A stretch of DNA of 64,000 bases from NCBI GenBank assembly GCA_040388985.1, contig JAZKAU010000002.1, positions 420,114-484,113 of the forward strand, read 5' to 3'. Position 1 is the stretch's first letter. Every line of letters starts with the position of its first letter. This document shows positions 1 through 10,124 of the stretch, piece by piece. This DNA is from Patescibacteria group bacterium (GTDB taxonomy: Bacteria; Patescibacteriota; Minisyncoccia; Phycocordibacterales; Phycocordibacteraceae). The notes under the pieces are model-generated. The model saw only the letters and a program-made list of their open reading frames with translations. It had not been told where the DNA came from and did no database searches. Both the position numbers and the translations under genes were made by a program.

Positions 1-2
1 CC

Positions 3-485
3 ATGCTTTCGCTCGCTTCGCGCAGCTCCGCCTTCTACGTGGCGAATCAGCTTATCGCCGCCGGTATCGTTTCCAAGGACAAGCAAGGCAAGCTCATCCC
101 GGCTGCGGGGCTTTATGCGGCACCCTTGCTCGGCCATATCCGCGCCGGCTTCGCAGCGCCTGCAGAGGAGGAGCTGGCTGACACCATTACGGTGGGGGAG
201 TATCTGCTGCCGCGTCCGGACGCGAGTTACCTCCTCACGGTCGAGGGGGACTCGATGATAGACGCGGGCATACAGTCGGGCGATATGGTGGTCTTCGAGC
301 GCACGAGCGACGTGAAGGTCGGCGATATCGTAGTCGCGCTCACCGAGGACGGGTACACACTCAAGTACCTGCGGCGCAAGGCCGGACGGTTGTGCCTGGA
401 GGCGGCCAACGATGCCTATCCTGATATACATCCCCGCGAAGGCGAAATCGTGGGGAAAGTGGTGTCGACCTTTAGAACATACTAA
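3..485 (+). CDS. LexA/UmuD-family S24 peptidase (5' end probably cut off by the window edge)
   Basis: Ala-Gly cleavage site (IRAGFAAPA), catalytic Ser (VEGDSM) and Lys (TLKYL); directly upstream of a Y-family polymerase. Confidence 0.85.
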   Translation: MLSLASRSSAFYVANQLIAAGIVSKDKQGKLIPAAGLYAAPLLGHIRAGFAAPAEEELADTITVGEYLLPRPDASYLLTVEGDSMIDAGIQSGDMVVFERTSDVKVGDIVVALTEDGYTLKYLRRKAGRLCLEAANDAYPDIHPREGEIVGKVVSTFRTY

Positions 486-651
486 AAGTCCCATCTGCTT
501 TGTTACTCATTCCGGTGCCTCGTCACGTACGCCCCTGTTTACTTACGAGTCATCGAGTTAGTAAACAGGAAGTGCCCTTGGGGCGCAGCCCATACGGCTC
601 CTTCGGCTCCTCACTCGCGCCTCGCATCTGAGAGCTTTTAGAGATGTTCTA
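473..651 (+). repeat. Dispersed hairpin repeat family A, copy 1 (extra hairpins inserted in the apex)
   Basis: Terminal stem TAGAACATACTAAAAG/CTTTTAGAGATGTTCTA; motifs CATCTGCTTTGTT, CGTACG, GCGCCTCGCATCTG shared with other copies. Confidence 0.8.
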
Positions 652-677
652 ACCTGCTTAGTACGCGCATTTCGTCT

Positions 678-1970
678 ATGAAAGAATACCCAAGAGCTAT
701 CGTGCATTTTGATGCGGATTCATTCTTCGCCTCCGTCGAGCAGACGATGGACTATCGGCTACGCGGGAAGGCGGTGGTGACGGGCGGCGAGCGCGGTGCC
801 GCTACCTCGGTCTCGAAAGAGGGGAAGAGACTCGGTCTCTATCGGGGCATGACGCTGCGCGAGATGAAGCGGGTCTGCCCGGACGTCGTGGTTGTGTCAT
901 CCGACTACACGAGCTACTCGCTCTACGCGCGAAGGATGTATGCCATAGCGCGGCAGTTCACTCCACTTGTCGAGGAATACAGCATCGACGAATGCTTCGC
1001 GGACATCACGGGCCTAGAAGAGAAATTCGGTATGTCCTACGAAGAGATCGCCCAGGCCATACAGAAGAAGCTGCATGCGGATCTCGGCATCACCTTCGGC
1101 GTGGGACTAGGACCGAGCAAGACGCTCGCCAAGATCGCAAGCAAGCTGGGTAAGCCGGCAGGCTTCGCGGCTATACCTGCCGATCGCATTCCTGAATTCA
1201 TCAAAGACGTACCCATCGGGAATATCTGGGGCATGGGCTTCCGTACGAGCCTGTACCTTGAGAAGCGCGGCGTGCATACGGCGCTCGACTTCGCGCGCAA
1301 GGACGACGGGTGGCTCAAAGAGCACAAGATGAGCAAGCCATACCGGGACATATGGCTCGAACTGAATGGTGCCTTCGTAAGGTCGCTTAATCTCGGCACA
1401 GACGACTCGATGGGTTCCATCCTTCAGTCGAGGACCTTTAAGCCGACGACAGATCGAGCCAGCATCCTCTCCTCACTCGCCAAGAATATCGAAGGCGCGT
1501 GTACGAAGGCCAGGAGGCACAAAGTGAAAGGAAGCTCTTGCCGCTTCTACCTTAAGACTCAGGAATTTACGTATGCGGGAAAGAATCTGAGTATGTCGGT
1601 GCCTCTCTCAGATCCACGAGAGTTCCTGCGGCTCGTAGAGGAGTATTTCGATGATGTATACGTTCCGGGAACGCTCTATCGCGCGAGTGGATTCGGACTC
1701 TATGGCATAACGCCCGACCGGGCGGGCATGAGGGATCTGTTCGGGGACAGCATCCGCGTAGAGCACGCATCTTCGCTCCTGTCAGTCGTGGACTCTATGA
1801 ACCGCAAGTACGGAAAGCAGACGCTTCACCTGGGAGCGAGTCTCGGCGCGATCGTGCGCGAGAACGCCTCGGACACCGAGCGCCGTAAACGTTCGCGAGC
1901 GCATATCAAGCTTGATATCGATAACCGCAAGAAGACGATAAATATTCCGTATCTGGGCGTCGCTCATTGA
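678..1970 (+). CDS. Y-family DNA polymerase (DinB/UmuC-like)
   Basis: HFDADSFFASVE and YSIDECFAD motifs, SKTLAKIAS, C-terminal DUF4113-like tail (VDSMNRKYG). Confidence 0.92.
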   Translation: MKEYPRAIVHFDADSFFASVEQTMDYRLRGKAVVTGGERGAATSVSKEGKRLGLYRGMTLREMKRVCPDVVVVSSDYTSYSLYARRMYAIARQFTPLVEEYSIDECFADITGLEEKFGMSYEEIAQAIQKKLHADLGITFGVGLGPSKTLAKIASKLGKPAGFAAIPADRIPEFIKDVPIGNIWGMGFRTSLYLEKRGVHTALDFARKDDGWLKEHKMSKPYRDIWLELNGAFVRSLNLGTDDSMGSILQSRTFKPTTDRASILSSLAKNIEGACTKARRHKVKGSSCRFYLKTQEFTYAGKNLSMSVPLSDPREFLRLVEEYFDDVYVPGTLYRASGFGLYGITPDRAGMRDLFGDSIRVEHASSLLSVVDSMNRKYGKQTLHLGASLGAIVRENASDTERRKRSRAHIKLDIDNRKKTINIPYLGVAH

Positions 1971-2124
1971 AATATGCAAAGGCTCGACCTTTGGCTTCCT
2001 AAACAAGAACAGGAGTACGAGATTTCTCGTTCTAATAAATAATTATGACTAGTCTTACGCACAATCACCTTAAGAAAGTAAAGGTCTGAAACTATACCCA
2101 GTCTTAGCTACTCAGTTAACTGAT

Positions 2125-2157
2125 CAGGCGTCGCGTTCCAGTGGAACGCGACGCCTG
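2125..2157 (-). terminator. Perfect GC-rich hairpin downstream of the 2180-2599 gene
   Basis: CAGGCGTCGCGTTCCA-G-TGGAACGCGACGCCTG, 16-bp inverted repeat. Confidence 0.55.
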
Positions 2158-2179
2158 TGCGAATTTTGTCGCTCTCGGC

Positions 2180-2599
2180 TCAGCCGAGCCTTTCAATCCC
2201 TTCGAACCCGCCTGGAGGGTTTGTGCCACAATAGCCCCCGCCGAAGCTGCCGTCATCCGGGTGAAACCCGAAGACAATCCGATGGTTAGGCCCGCCCTTG
2301 CCAGTGCCGTAGAAGGCGATCTGAGCGTTCACGCTGGAATCGTGGCTGTCCACGATGAAGGTCGCGACGCGCACAGCCTTCGAGAAGCCGTGCTGGACGT
2401 TCTCGAACCAGACGAAGCCCGTGTGCAGGAACTCCTCCATGTGAGTAGGAGGACTTTCTCCCGTCCAGGGTCGTGGCACGAGATACGCGCAATACATCCG
2501 GGACGCGAACGTGAGCAATAACTCGAAATGCGGCATTGCCCGCTTTTCGTCGCTGACGTTCTTGTGAATGAGCGTTGTGAACTTGAGAGCACCTTTCAC
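2180..2599 (-). CDS. Hypothetical protein (ORFan), probable GTG start
   Basis: AAGGAG SD upstream of GTG at 2599; TTGACG-17-TATAGT promoter at 2692-2664; terminator-like hairpin downstream. Confidence 0.6.
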   Translation of the reverse strand: MKGALKFTTLIHKNVSDEKRAMPHFELLLTFASRMYCAYLVPRPWTGESPPTHMEEFLHTGFVWFENVQHGFSKAVRVATFIVDSHDSSVNAQIAFYGTGKGGPNHRIVFGFHPDDGSFGGGYCGTNPPGGFEGIERLG

Positions 2600-2772
2600 C
2601 GCGATTCTCCTTTTAAAAGATGGCTCGCTATGGCCGTATACCAGTTTCAAGCTGGAATAATGAACTATATAATCTAATAGCATCCGCGTCAAATTCATAG
2701 GTAGGAAATCCAAGGCAGACCGCCTCGAGGACTCGAGATACAAGGTAGGTTTTTAGTAACACCACTATAGAT

Positions 2773-4017
2773 TTAATGAACACGGCCACGTTCATGGAAG
2801 GTTATGAAGAAGACGCCGGCAATGCCGATGATGCCTGCGGCGAAGAGGATAGGGGTCGTGGGCGCGAATATGGCAGCGACGGCGCCCGCGAAAAGGGGAG
2901 GGATAGACTGCGCAAGCGACTGGATGCTCGAGTTTATGCCGAGCACGCTTCCTTGCTCGTCATCATCGGAGCCTGCGCTCACGAGTCCGGTAAGGTTCGC
3001 GCCGATGAGGCCGCAGCAAATGGCGACCGGAACGGTGAGGATGTAGAGCTGTATGGTATCGGTCACGAAGTACAGGCCGGTAAGCGAAGCGCTCATGATA
3101 AGAAGTCCTCCTGCAGCGATGGCATGCGGAGTGAATCTCTTCGATAGGGGTCCGGTCACCGCTACTTGCGTTATGGCGAGCAGAGCGCCCACGAAGGCGA
3201 AGATATATCCGATATCACCCTGCTCGAAATTGAATTTCGCCACGAGGTATACGCCGAAGAAGGTGATGATGAAGGCGAAGCCGCTCTGGAAGAGGAAGGC
3301 GGTAGCGTAGAGCGCGCGATGACCGTGCGAGACGAGTGCTTCTCGTATGTTCTGGAATCCTTGCCAGGCTCGGATGTACTCCTTGGTCTTTGTCTTGAGG
3401 GTCTCCGGCAAGAGAAAGATCACGAAGAGCATGTTAATGATGGAAAGTCCGGCAGCGAGCCAGAAGGGAGTTGGAGCGCCGAAGAACCATGCTACATGCG
3501 GGTCGGACAAGAAGGCGCCGAGCAGCGGACCGATGATGAACCCGATGCCGTTTGCGGCACCGAGCAGGCCGAAGCTGCGCACGCGCCGCGAGGCAGGCGT
3601 AGAATCCGCGATCGCAGCTTGCGCCACCGCCGTATTGCCGCCCGTAAGGCCGTCAATCAGGCGAGCAATAAAAAGAAGTGGGATGCTGCGCACGAGTATG
3701 CCGATAGCGAACAGGATATAGGCGATACCGGTGCCTAGCAGCGAGAGCGCGAGTATGGGTTTGCGACCGAAGGTATCGGAAAGCTGCCCGAGGATGGGTG
3801 TCGCAATGAACATCGCGAAGGGATAGAGCGCGGTGAGCGCGCCGAGCAGGAGGTAGCCGGTGTGCGCGTCTATGGGCAAGTGATACGGATAGGCCGGATC
3901 AGCGAACAAGAGCGGAATGACGGGTATGAGGATGCCCACGCCCAGCATGTCCACCAGCACGATGGCGAAGACGACCCACAGCACCTTTCTCTCGGTAGAC
4001 TCTGCGGACGTTGCCAT
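2773..4017 (-). CDS. MFS transporter, TetA/DHA1-like
   Basis: About 12 hydrophobic segments, motif A GQLSDTFGRKP, DMLGVGILIPVIP, GFIIGPLLG. Confidence 0.9.
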   Translation of the reverse strand: MATSAESTERKVLWVVFAIVLVDMLGVGILIPVIPLLFADPAYPYHLPIDAHTGYLLLGALTALYPFAMFIATPILGQLSDTFGRKPILALSLLGTGIAYILFAIGILVRSIPLLFIARLIDGLTGGNTAVAQAAIADSTPASRRVRSFGLLGAANGIGFIIGPLLGAFLSDPHVAWFFGAPTPFWLAAGLSIINMLFVIFLLPETLKTKTKEYIRAWQGFQNIREALVSHGHRALYATAFLFQSGFAFIITFFGVYLVAKFNFEQGDIGYIFAFVGALLAITQVAVTGPLSKRFTPHAIAAGGLLIMSASLTGLYFVTDTIQLYILTVPVAICCGLIGANLTGLVSAGSDDDEQGSVLGINSSIQSLAQSIPPLFAGAVAAIFAPTTPILFAAGIIGIAGVFFITFHERGRVH

Positions 4018-4058
4018 AGTTGCTCAAAGTATACGATGTCTTCGCACGCATCGCGCAG

Positions 4059-7000
4059 TTATCCTACGCTATCTTTAGTGTACTGTGCGCGTATCTTTTT
4101 CCCTGGCCATCGGAAATACAGCATCGGAATAAGAACGAGGGTGAGGAGGAGCGAGAAGGCGAGACCGGACATGATGGCGAAGGCCAGCGGCGCCCAGAAG
4201 GCGGAGGCCAAGGTGAGCGGCACCATGCCGATGACGGTCACGATCGTCGTAAGCAGTATCGGACGCAGACGTGTGCTCGCCGCTTCGACGACGACTTCTT
4301 CGAGGCTGTAGTCAGCATGCTCCCGGTGAATGCGCGCGACGGAGTCCATGAGGATGATAGCGTGATTGATGATGACACCGGCTAGCGCGATGACGCCCAG
4401 CATGGAGGTCAGCGATAGCGGCTGACCTACGAGCGTAAGGCCGGCGAAGACTCCCACCAAAGAAAGCGGAATTATCAAGAGAAGGTAGAACGACTGGCGG
4501 AAGGAGTTGAATTCGAGGACGAGTATGGCGAGCATGAGCGCAGCGCCCGCGATGAGCGCGACGAAGAGCTGCGTGAAGGAGTCCGACACGTCTTCGGATG
4601 CTCCACCGACTTTCATGGTTACCCCTTTGCCGAGCATGTCGGGGGTGAAGCGCTTCTGGAACTCATTGCTAATCTGAATGGCATTCGCACTCGCTGCGAT
4701 ATCGGCAGTCACGGTCGAGATGCGGTTACCAGCTTCGTGGGAAATGGATGTCTGAGCTGGCTCATACGTGATGGTCGCGATACTCGAAAGCGGGACCGGA
4801 CCCGCGCTTCCCGGCACGGTAAGCGCCCGTACGGCGTCGATAGAGACGTCCGTCGTCTCGCTCGGATCCTTGTAGTTGGGGTTGAGGTTCAGCTTCGTGC
4901 GCACTTCGATATCGTCCTTGCCGGTGCGTATAGACGTAGCCTTGGTGCTGAAGAGCGCCGTGCGCAGCGTATCGGAGACGACGACAGGGGAGACACCGAG
5001 CTCGCTTGCTCGGCTCGGGTCAAGCGCGACTACGAACTCGCTGCTCGCATTCTTGGTGTCGGTGTTGACCGTGACGACGCCGGGAATGTCGTTCAATACG
5101 CGCGCGGCAGCGTCAGCGCTCCCCGAAAGCTCGCCGAGATCCTCGCCGGTGAAGGTGAGGGTGACGGGGGCCGCCGCAGGCGGCCCTCCCGCAGGCTCGC
5201 CTACGGTCACGGTAGCTGACGTGATAGGCGCGAGCTCCTTGCGCAGTTCTTCTACGAAGGCAGCGCTCGTCTCCTTGTGGCCTTTAGGAAGGTTGACCGT
5301 GATGTTCCCGATATTGCCGCCTCCCGCGCCCCCGCCGAACCCGCTTCCCGCGAACGACGAGCCAGAGCCCGTCTCGCTCACGAAGGAGGCTACGTGCGGA
5401 TTAGCGTATAGCACCTCCTCTACCTCGCGCATGGAAAGATCCGTGCCGCCGAGGTCGGTGCCTTGCGGCTTCTCGATCTGCACGTAGACGAAGTCGCTAT
5501 CGTCTGACGGGAAGAAGATCGACTTGAGCAGACCGGTCGCGGGAAGCGCGAGCGCTAGCACGAAGAGCAGGGCCATGGCGACGAGGAACCGATTCTGATT
5601 CTTTCTGTTCGCGAGGAATCGGTGCAGGAAGCCCTGATACCAGGTCTTAGCTGCCTGGTTATAGCGTTCCTGGCGCATCTCGAGCTTCCCATGGGTCGGG
5701 TGTACGAAATAGACGGCAAGCAGCGGAACGATGCCGAGCGCTACGAAGATGCTCGCGAGCAGGACGAAGATGACCGTGAACGGGATGCTTGCGAGGAACT
5801 TGCCGATGATGCCTGAGAGGAAGAAGAGCGGCACGAAGACGGCGATAGTGGTGAAAGTCCCGGCGAAGAGCGGCCAGGCATATTCCCGTATGGCCGCGAC
5901 GGCTGCCTCGTCCTTATTCCCGGTCTTTATAAGCCGGGTATGGAAGGCCTCGACCACGACGATGCCGGAGTCCACCAATATACCGATGGCAAGGATGAGG
6001 GAGAAAAGCGAAACATTATTGAGCGTGTTCCCGAAGGCGACCATGCCGATGAAGGCGATAAGGAAGGAAAGGGGGATGGAGGCCGCTGCGACTAGGGATT
6101 CGCGTAGGCCAAGCGTGAAGTACAGGACGATCATCACGAGGATGACGGTCTCGATACCCGCGCGCGTAAGCTCGACGAGGCTCTTGTTCACTTCCTGCGC
6201 GCCGTCGTAGGAGATGACGGTATTGGTGCCCGCAAGGATGCCGGTCTGAAGTTCCTTGAGCTTATTCTCAACTGCCTGGCCGGTGCGTACGATGTTGCCA
6301 CCGCGGCTCTTGAATACCGTAAGGGTGAGTGATGGCTGCGCTGGGGCGCCCGCGACTGAGACGCGCGAATACGTACTCGGGTCTTCAAGCCCGTCGACCA
6401 CGTCCGCCACGTCGCGCACATGGATGCTGCTACCTGCGGCCGAAGGAATGACGACATCCGCTACCTGATCGGTAGTGGTGACGGCTGATTCGAAGCGCAC
6501 CGCATACCGTACGCCATCTACCGTGATGTTGCCTGCAGGGGAGGCGACACCGGCAGCGCGGATGGCGTTAGTGACGTCCGATAGCGAGAGGTTGTACTGG
6601 CGCAAACTTTCCTGGCGGGCGATGACCTGCACCTGGCGCGCGCGTATGCCCGAGATGCTTACCTTCGAGACACCTGGCACACGCTTCACTTCATCGCTCA
6701 CTTGCTCGCTGAGCGCGGTCAGCTCTCCGGCAGCAAGGTTTCCGGATACGGAAATGATGAGAATAGGCTGGTCAGCGAAATTGACGTCCGAGACGGTGGG
6801 AGCGGTCGCTTCCGTAGGCAGATCGGGCCGTACTTTGTCGACGGCATCCTTGAGAAGTTGTATGGATTTATCGATGTTGGCAGAAGAATCGAATTCGACC
6901 GAGACTGAGGAGATGCCTGCGCCAGAGCTCGAAGTAACTTTCGAGACATGCTCGACGCCGAGCACGCCACTCTCGATCTTGTCGGTTACGAGGCGTTCGA

Positions 7001-7178
7001 CATCGCTTGCCGAGGCTCCGGGAAGCGCCGTCGTGACGATACCAAGCGGTATGGAAATATCCGGACTCGCTTCCTTAGGAATGCTAGCGACTGCATAGAA
7101 GCCCGCGATAAGCAGGACGATAACGAGGAATATCGTAAAGCTGCGCTTGCGAAGGAAGAAACTCCAGAAGGACGTCAT
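4059..7178 (-). CDS. RND efflux permease (AcrB/AcrD/AcrF family)
   Basis: 1039 aa, GILVDSGIVVVE and RLRPILLTT motifs, two large extracytoplasmic loops. Confidence 0.93.
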   Translation of the reverse strand: MTSFWSFFLRKRSFTIFLVIVLLIAGFYAVASIPKEASPDISIPLGIVTTALPGASASDVERLVTDKIESGVLGVEHVSKVTSSSGAGISSVSVEFDSSANIDKSIQLLKDAVDKVRPDLPTEATAPTVSDVNFADQPILIISVSGNLAAGELTALSEQVSDEVKRVPGVSKVSISGIRARQVQVIARQESLRQYNLSLSDVTNAIRAAGVASPAGNITVDGVRYAVRFESAVTTTDQVADVVIPSAAGSSIHVRDVADVVDGLEDPSTYSRVSVAGAPAQPSLTLTVFKSRGGNIVRTGQAVENKLKELQTGILAGTNTVISYDGAQEVNKSLVELTRAGIETVILVMIVLYFTLGLRESLVAAASIPLSFLIAFIGMVAFGNTLNNVSLFSLILAIGILVDSGIVVVEAFHTRLIKTGNKDEAAVAAIREYAWPLFAGTFTTIAVFVPLFFLSGIIGKFLASIPFTVIFVLLASIFVALGIVPLLAVYFVHPTHGKLEMRQERYNQAAKTWYQGFLHRFLANRKNQNRFLVAMALLFVLALALPATGLLKSIFFPSDDSDFVYVQIEKPQGTDLGGTDLSMREVEEVLYANPHVASFVSETGSGSSFAGSGFGGGAGGGNIGNITVNLPKGHKETSAAFVEELRKELAPITSATVTVGEPAGGPPAAAPVTLTFTGEDLGELSGSADAAARVLNDIPGVVTVNTDTKNASSEFVVALDPSRASELGVSPVVVSDTLRTALFSTKATSIRTGKDDIEVRTKLNLNPNYKDPSETTDVSIDAVRALTVPGSAGPVPLSSIATITYEPAQTSISHEAGNRISTVTADIAASANAIQISNEFQKRFTPDMLGKGVTMKVGGASEDVSDSFTQLFVALIAGAALMLAILVLEFNSFRQSFYLLLIIPLSLVGVFAGLTLVGQPLSLTSMLGVIALAGVIINHAIILMDSVARIHREHADYSLEEVVVEAASTRLRPILLTTIVTVIGMVPLTLASAFWAPLAFAIMSGLAFSLLLTLVLIPMLYFRWPGKKIRAQYTKDSVG

Positions 7179-7203
7179 GGTATGGGTGAGGCAGGGGGCC
7201 CTG

Positions 7204-8760
7204 CTACGAGTCGGTGGCGACGTTCACTTTCTGTCCCTCGGACAGGCCACGCACGTCGGTGACGATGCGCATATCGCCCGTGAGTCCCGTGAGTACTTCG
7301 ATGCGATCGCCACGTACCTCGCCGATGGTAACCGGATGCGCGACCAGACGTCCGTCACTCCCTACCGTGAAGACCGAGCGGGAGTTAGCCATGAGCTTTA
7401 CGGCAGTCAGTGGGATGAGTTGCACGGAGGATGTTGCGACAGGGGCGACTGCCGCTGCTGGTGCGCTATTGGGAAGCGTAATACGTACCGACTGGCCGTT
7501 CGTAAGCGCTGGCGTTCCCGAAGGCGCGCTCGCCGTATCAACCGCTATATCGACCTCTATCTGCTTCGTCGTCGGATCAAGGGCGGGAGCGACGGTAGTG
7601 ATGATGCCCGTATAGCCGCCTTCGACCTGTACCTTCATGCCAGCGGTAAGGTTCTGGCGATCGGATTCGGAGACGTACGCCACAATCTCGAGCGCGCCGT
7701 TCTGGGCCACGGTCGCCACGTGCGTGAAGGCCGTCACGTAGTCGCCCACATGCACCGATAGGAAGTTAACCGTTCCGCCGATGGTCGCGCGGATACGGGT
7801 CTTCTCTAAGTTGGCCTGCGCGCCACGCAGCACGCCGAGCGCCTGCTTCACGCTTGCGTCCGCGCTTGCGGTCGCTCCGACCGTGCCGGTACGAAGGCTT
7901 CCCTTGGCTGCAGCCAGTTTCGCAAGCGTAGCGTCAATGTTCGCTCGTGCACTGGCGAGCGCGGCGATCTGTTCGGGAGTGGCGCGGGAATCGCGGTCGT
8001 TTGCTGCTGCCGAGAGTTCGAGGAGGAATTCAGAGACTGCCTGGGTGTCGGTAGTGGCCTGGGCAAGCAGGGTAGCGGGATCGGCACTTGCGGCGCTCCC
8101 AAGCTTCTGCTGCCACGCTATGATGCGCTTACCGAGCGCATCGCGCTTGCGATCGAGGTCCTTACTCGGCCCTTGATTGATGAGCAGGCGCGGCCCCGTA
8201 GCGGTCGGTCCGCCGAAGAACTGGTCGATGTCGTTCTCAAGTATGGTATCGACCGTCGTGTATGCGGCTGCGTACGTATCGGCAGCCGAGGCTCGGGTAT
8301 CGGGAAGCGACTGCGCGCTGCGCGCTGCGATAGCGGCGTCATAGGCGCCTTCTGCCTGCAGCACTTGCGCCGCTTCGCTTGCGTTATCGAGTTCAGCGAT
8401 GACGGCGCCTGCGGATACGGAGGCGCCGAGCTTCGTATTCACGCTCCTCACCGTGCCGCCTGTCTGCGCGAGCAGATCCGCCTCGGTCACTGAGCGCACC
8501 GAGCCGAGTATCGAGACGCCGTCGCCGTTTCCAGAGAGAGAGGAGACGCTCGCGAGGGTCACGGTGCGCTCCTGCGGGCTCGCATCGGTGGCCTTTCCGC
8601 CGTGCGCAAGCGCAAAACCTGCGACGAGGAGAATAGCGACGAGAATGGCTATGGCCCACTGTAGCCATCGCTTGAGGCCCCGATACTTCTTCCACAAGGA
8701 AGAGAGGCGGGTTGTGATACCTATATAGAGGGAACGGAAGAAATTGCGCAGAGAAGTCAT
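7204..8760 (-). CDS. RND periplasmic adaptor (membrane fusion protein)
   Basis: N-terminal TM, lipoyl halves (GGTVRSVN / IRATIGGTV), long helical hairpin, C-terminal EVLTGL; upstream of the RND permease. Confidence 0.88.
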   Translation of the reverse strand: MTSLRNFFRSLYIGITTRLSSLWKKYRGLKRWLQWAIAILVAILLVAGFALAHGGKATDASPQERTVTLASVSSLSGNGDGVSILGSVRSVTEADLLAQTGGTVRSVNTKLGASVSAGAVIAELDNASEAAQVLQAEGAYDAAIAARSAQSLPDTRASAADTYAAAYTTVDTILENDIDQFFGGPTATGPRLLINQGPSKDLDRKRDALGKRIIAWQQKLGSAASADPATLLAQATTDTQAVSEFLLELSAAANDRDSRATPEQIAALASARANIDATLAKLAAAKGSLRTGTVGATASADASVKQALGVLRGAQANLEKTRIRATIGGTVNFLSVHVGDYVTAFTHVATVAQNGALEIVAYVSESDRQNLTAGMKVQVEGGYTGIITTVAPALDPTTKQIEVDIAVDTASAPSGTPALTNGQSVRITLPNSAPAAAVAPVATSSVQLIPLTAVKLMANSRSVFTVGSDGRLVAHPVTIGEVRGDRIEVLTGLTGDMRIVTDVRGLSEGQKVNVATDS

Positions 8761-8896
8761 GAGACCTTGTTTATACAGCATAATTTAAGCTGAGTCAAAA
8801 GATGTGCTGGGTGTTTCTTCTATACCAAGGGTCTGGATAGGGGTACGCACATGGCTGCGTCATGACCCCTTCACCTTAGGCTGGTATACTTCACCA

Positions 8897-9772
8897 ATGA
8901 AAAAGACCTACACCATCATAGTGATCGTACTCGTGCTACTCATGCTCGCCGGTATATATGTCGTTTCGCACTACCGCGCAACGCCTCCTATACCCGCCCC
9001 GACCACGAGCGTCACTTATGCTTGTAACGACAATAAGACGATACAGGCCGGGTTTACGGACACGGATGCGGTACTTACGCTTTCTGATGGCCGCACGGTT
9101 ACGCTCCCGCACGTCATGTCAGGCTCCGGCATCCGCTATGAAGCGAACGGCATCGTGCTAGTGGGAAAGGGAGACAACGCCTTCCTCGAAGAGAATGGCA
9201 CGCAAACCTACGTGGATTGTATCGCCAATAGCAGTGCGGACGCACCCACTACCGGCGACGCCACACAATTTATGGATTCGGGAAAGACTTTCTCCTTCAG
9301 CTATCCGAAGGCGTTTACGCTCTCAGGCGGCGACCTAGGGTACACGCAGTCATGGATGGAGAACGCGACAACGAGCGGTCTCGTGCTTGCCAAAGTCACC
9401 CTTCCTAAATCCTTCCAGCCGAGCACGAACTTCAGCGAAGCAGTATTCACGGTCGGCACGAGTCCTGATCCGACCGCAGTCGCTACCTGCCTCACCTACA
9501 ATCCGTCGGGAGGTCCCGCTACGTCTTCGTCTTCTGAAACTATCAACGGCACGACCTATACGGTCTTGCATTCGAGCGACGCAGGAGCCGGAAACCTCTA
9601 CGAGACGACGAGCTATCGCACGATACGTAATAGCCAGTGCTATGCCATCGAATACACCATCCATTCGACTAACATCGGAAATTATTCTCCTGACCAGGGC
9701 ATAACCGCCTTCGATCGCGATTCGGTCGAAGGAGCGCTCAAGGGTATCGTGCAGAGCTTCAAATTCCTCTAG
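8897..9772 (+). CDS. Membrane-anchored MliC/PliC lysozyme-inhibitor domain protein with an additional C-terminal domain
   Basis: TM anchor, YAC...SGSGIRY...GKGDNAFL...C MliC signature; start placed after TATACT. Confidence 0.75.
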   Translation: MKKTYTIIVIVLVLLMLAGIYVVSHYRATPPIPAPTTSVTYACNDNKTIQAGFTDTDAVLTLSDGRTVTLPHVMSGSGIRYEANGIVLVGKGDNAFLEENGTQTYVDCIANSSADAPTTGDATQFMDSGKTFSFSYPKAFTLSGGDLGYTQSWMENATTSGLVLAKVTLPKSFQPSTNFSEAVFTVGTSPDPTAVATCLTYNPSGGPATSSSSETINGTTYTVLHSSDAGAGNLYETTSYRTIRNSQCYAIEYTIHSTNIGNYSPDQGITAFDRDSVEGALKGIVQSFKFL

Positions 9773-9781
9773 GCAGTTACG

Positions 9782-9826
9782 AGTAGTGGCAATGCCCGAC
9801 ATCCGATGTCGGGCATTGCCACTACT
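9782..9826. repeat. 45-bp palindrome (22-bp arms, 1-nt spacer)
   Basis: AGTAGTGGCAATGCCCGACATC-C-GATGTCGGGCATTGCCACTACT. Confidence 0.95.
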
Positions 9827-9831
9827 GCTCT

Positions 9832-9889
9832 AAGAATCGAGACAAAAAACCACTATGATATATCATAGTGGTTTTTTGTCTCGATTCTT
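9832..9889. repeat. Perfect 58-bp palindrome with no spacer
   Basis: AAGAATCGAGACAAAAAACCACTATGATA|TATCATAGTGGTTTTTTGTCTCGATTCTT. Confidence 0.95.
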
Positions 9890-10124
9890 TCACGATATAT
9901 TCACCCCACCTTATATATGGTGTGCGGGTATGACGTACAGGACCTATCGGACAAGCAATCGGCACAGCCTGCGATTCAAGATGAAGCTGTTACTGCGCAG
10001 GACGCGTACCCGTATACTCACGAATCTCATAGAGCTTCTCGACACGGATACCCGCCTTGCGGCATAAGGCCGTAATCTATAGTGAACATATAGTGGTCCT
10101 GGCGCGGATGCTAGGATGAGGGGA

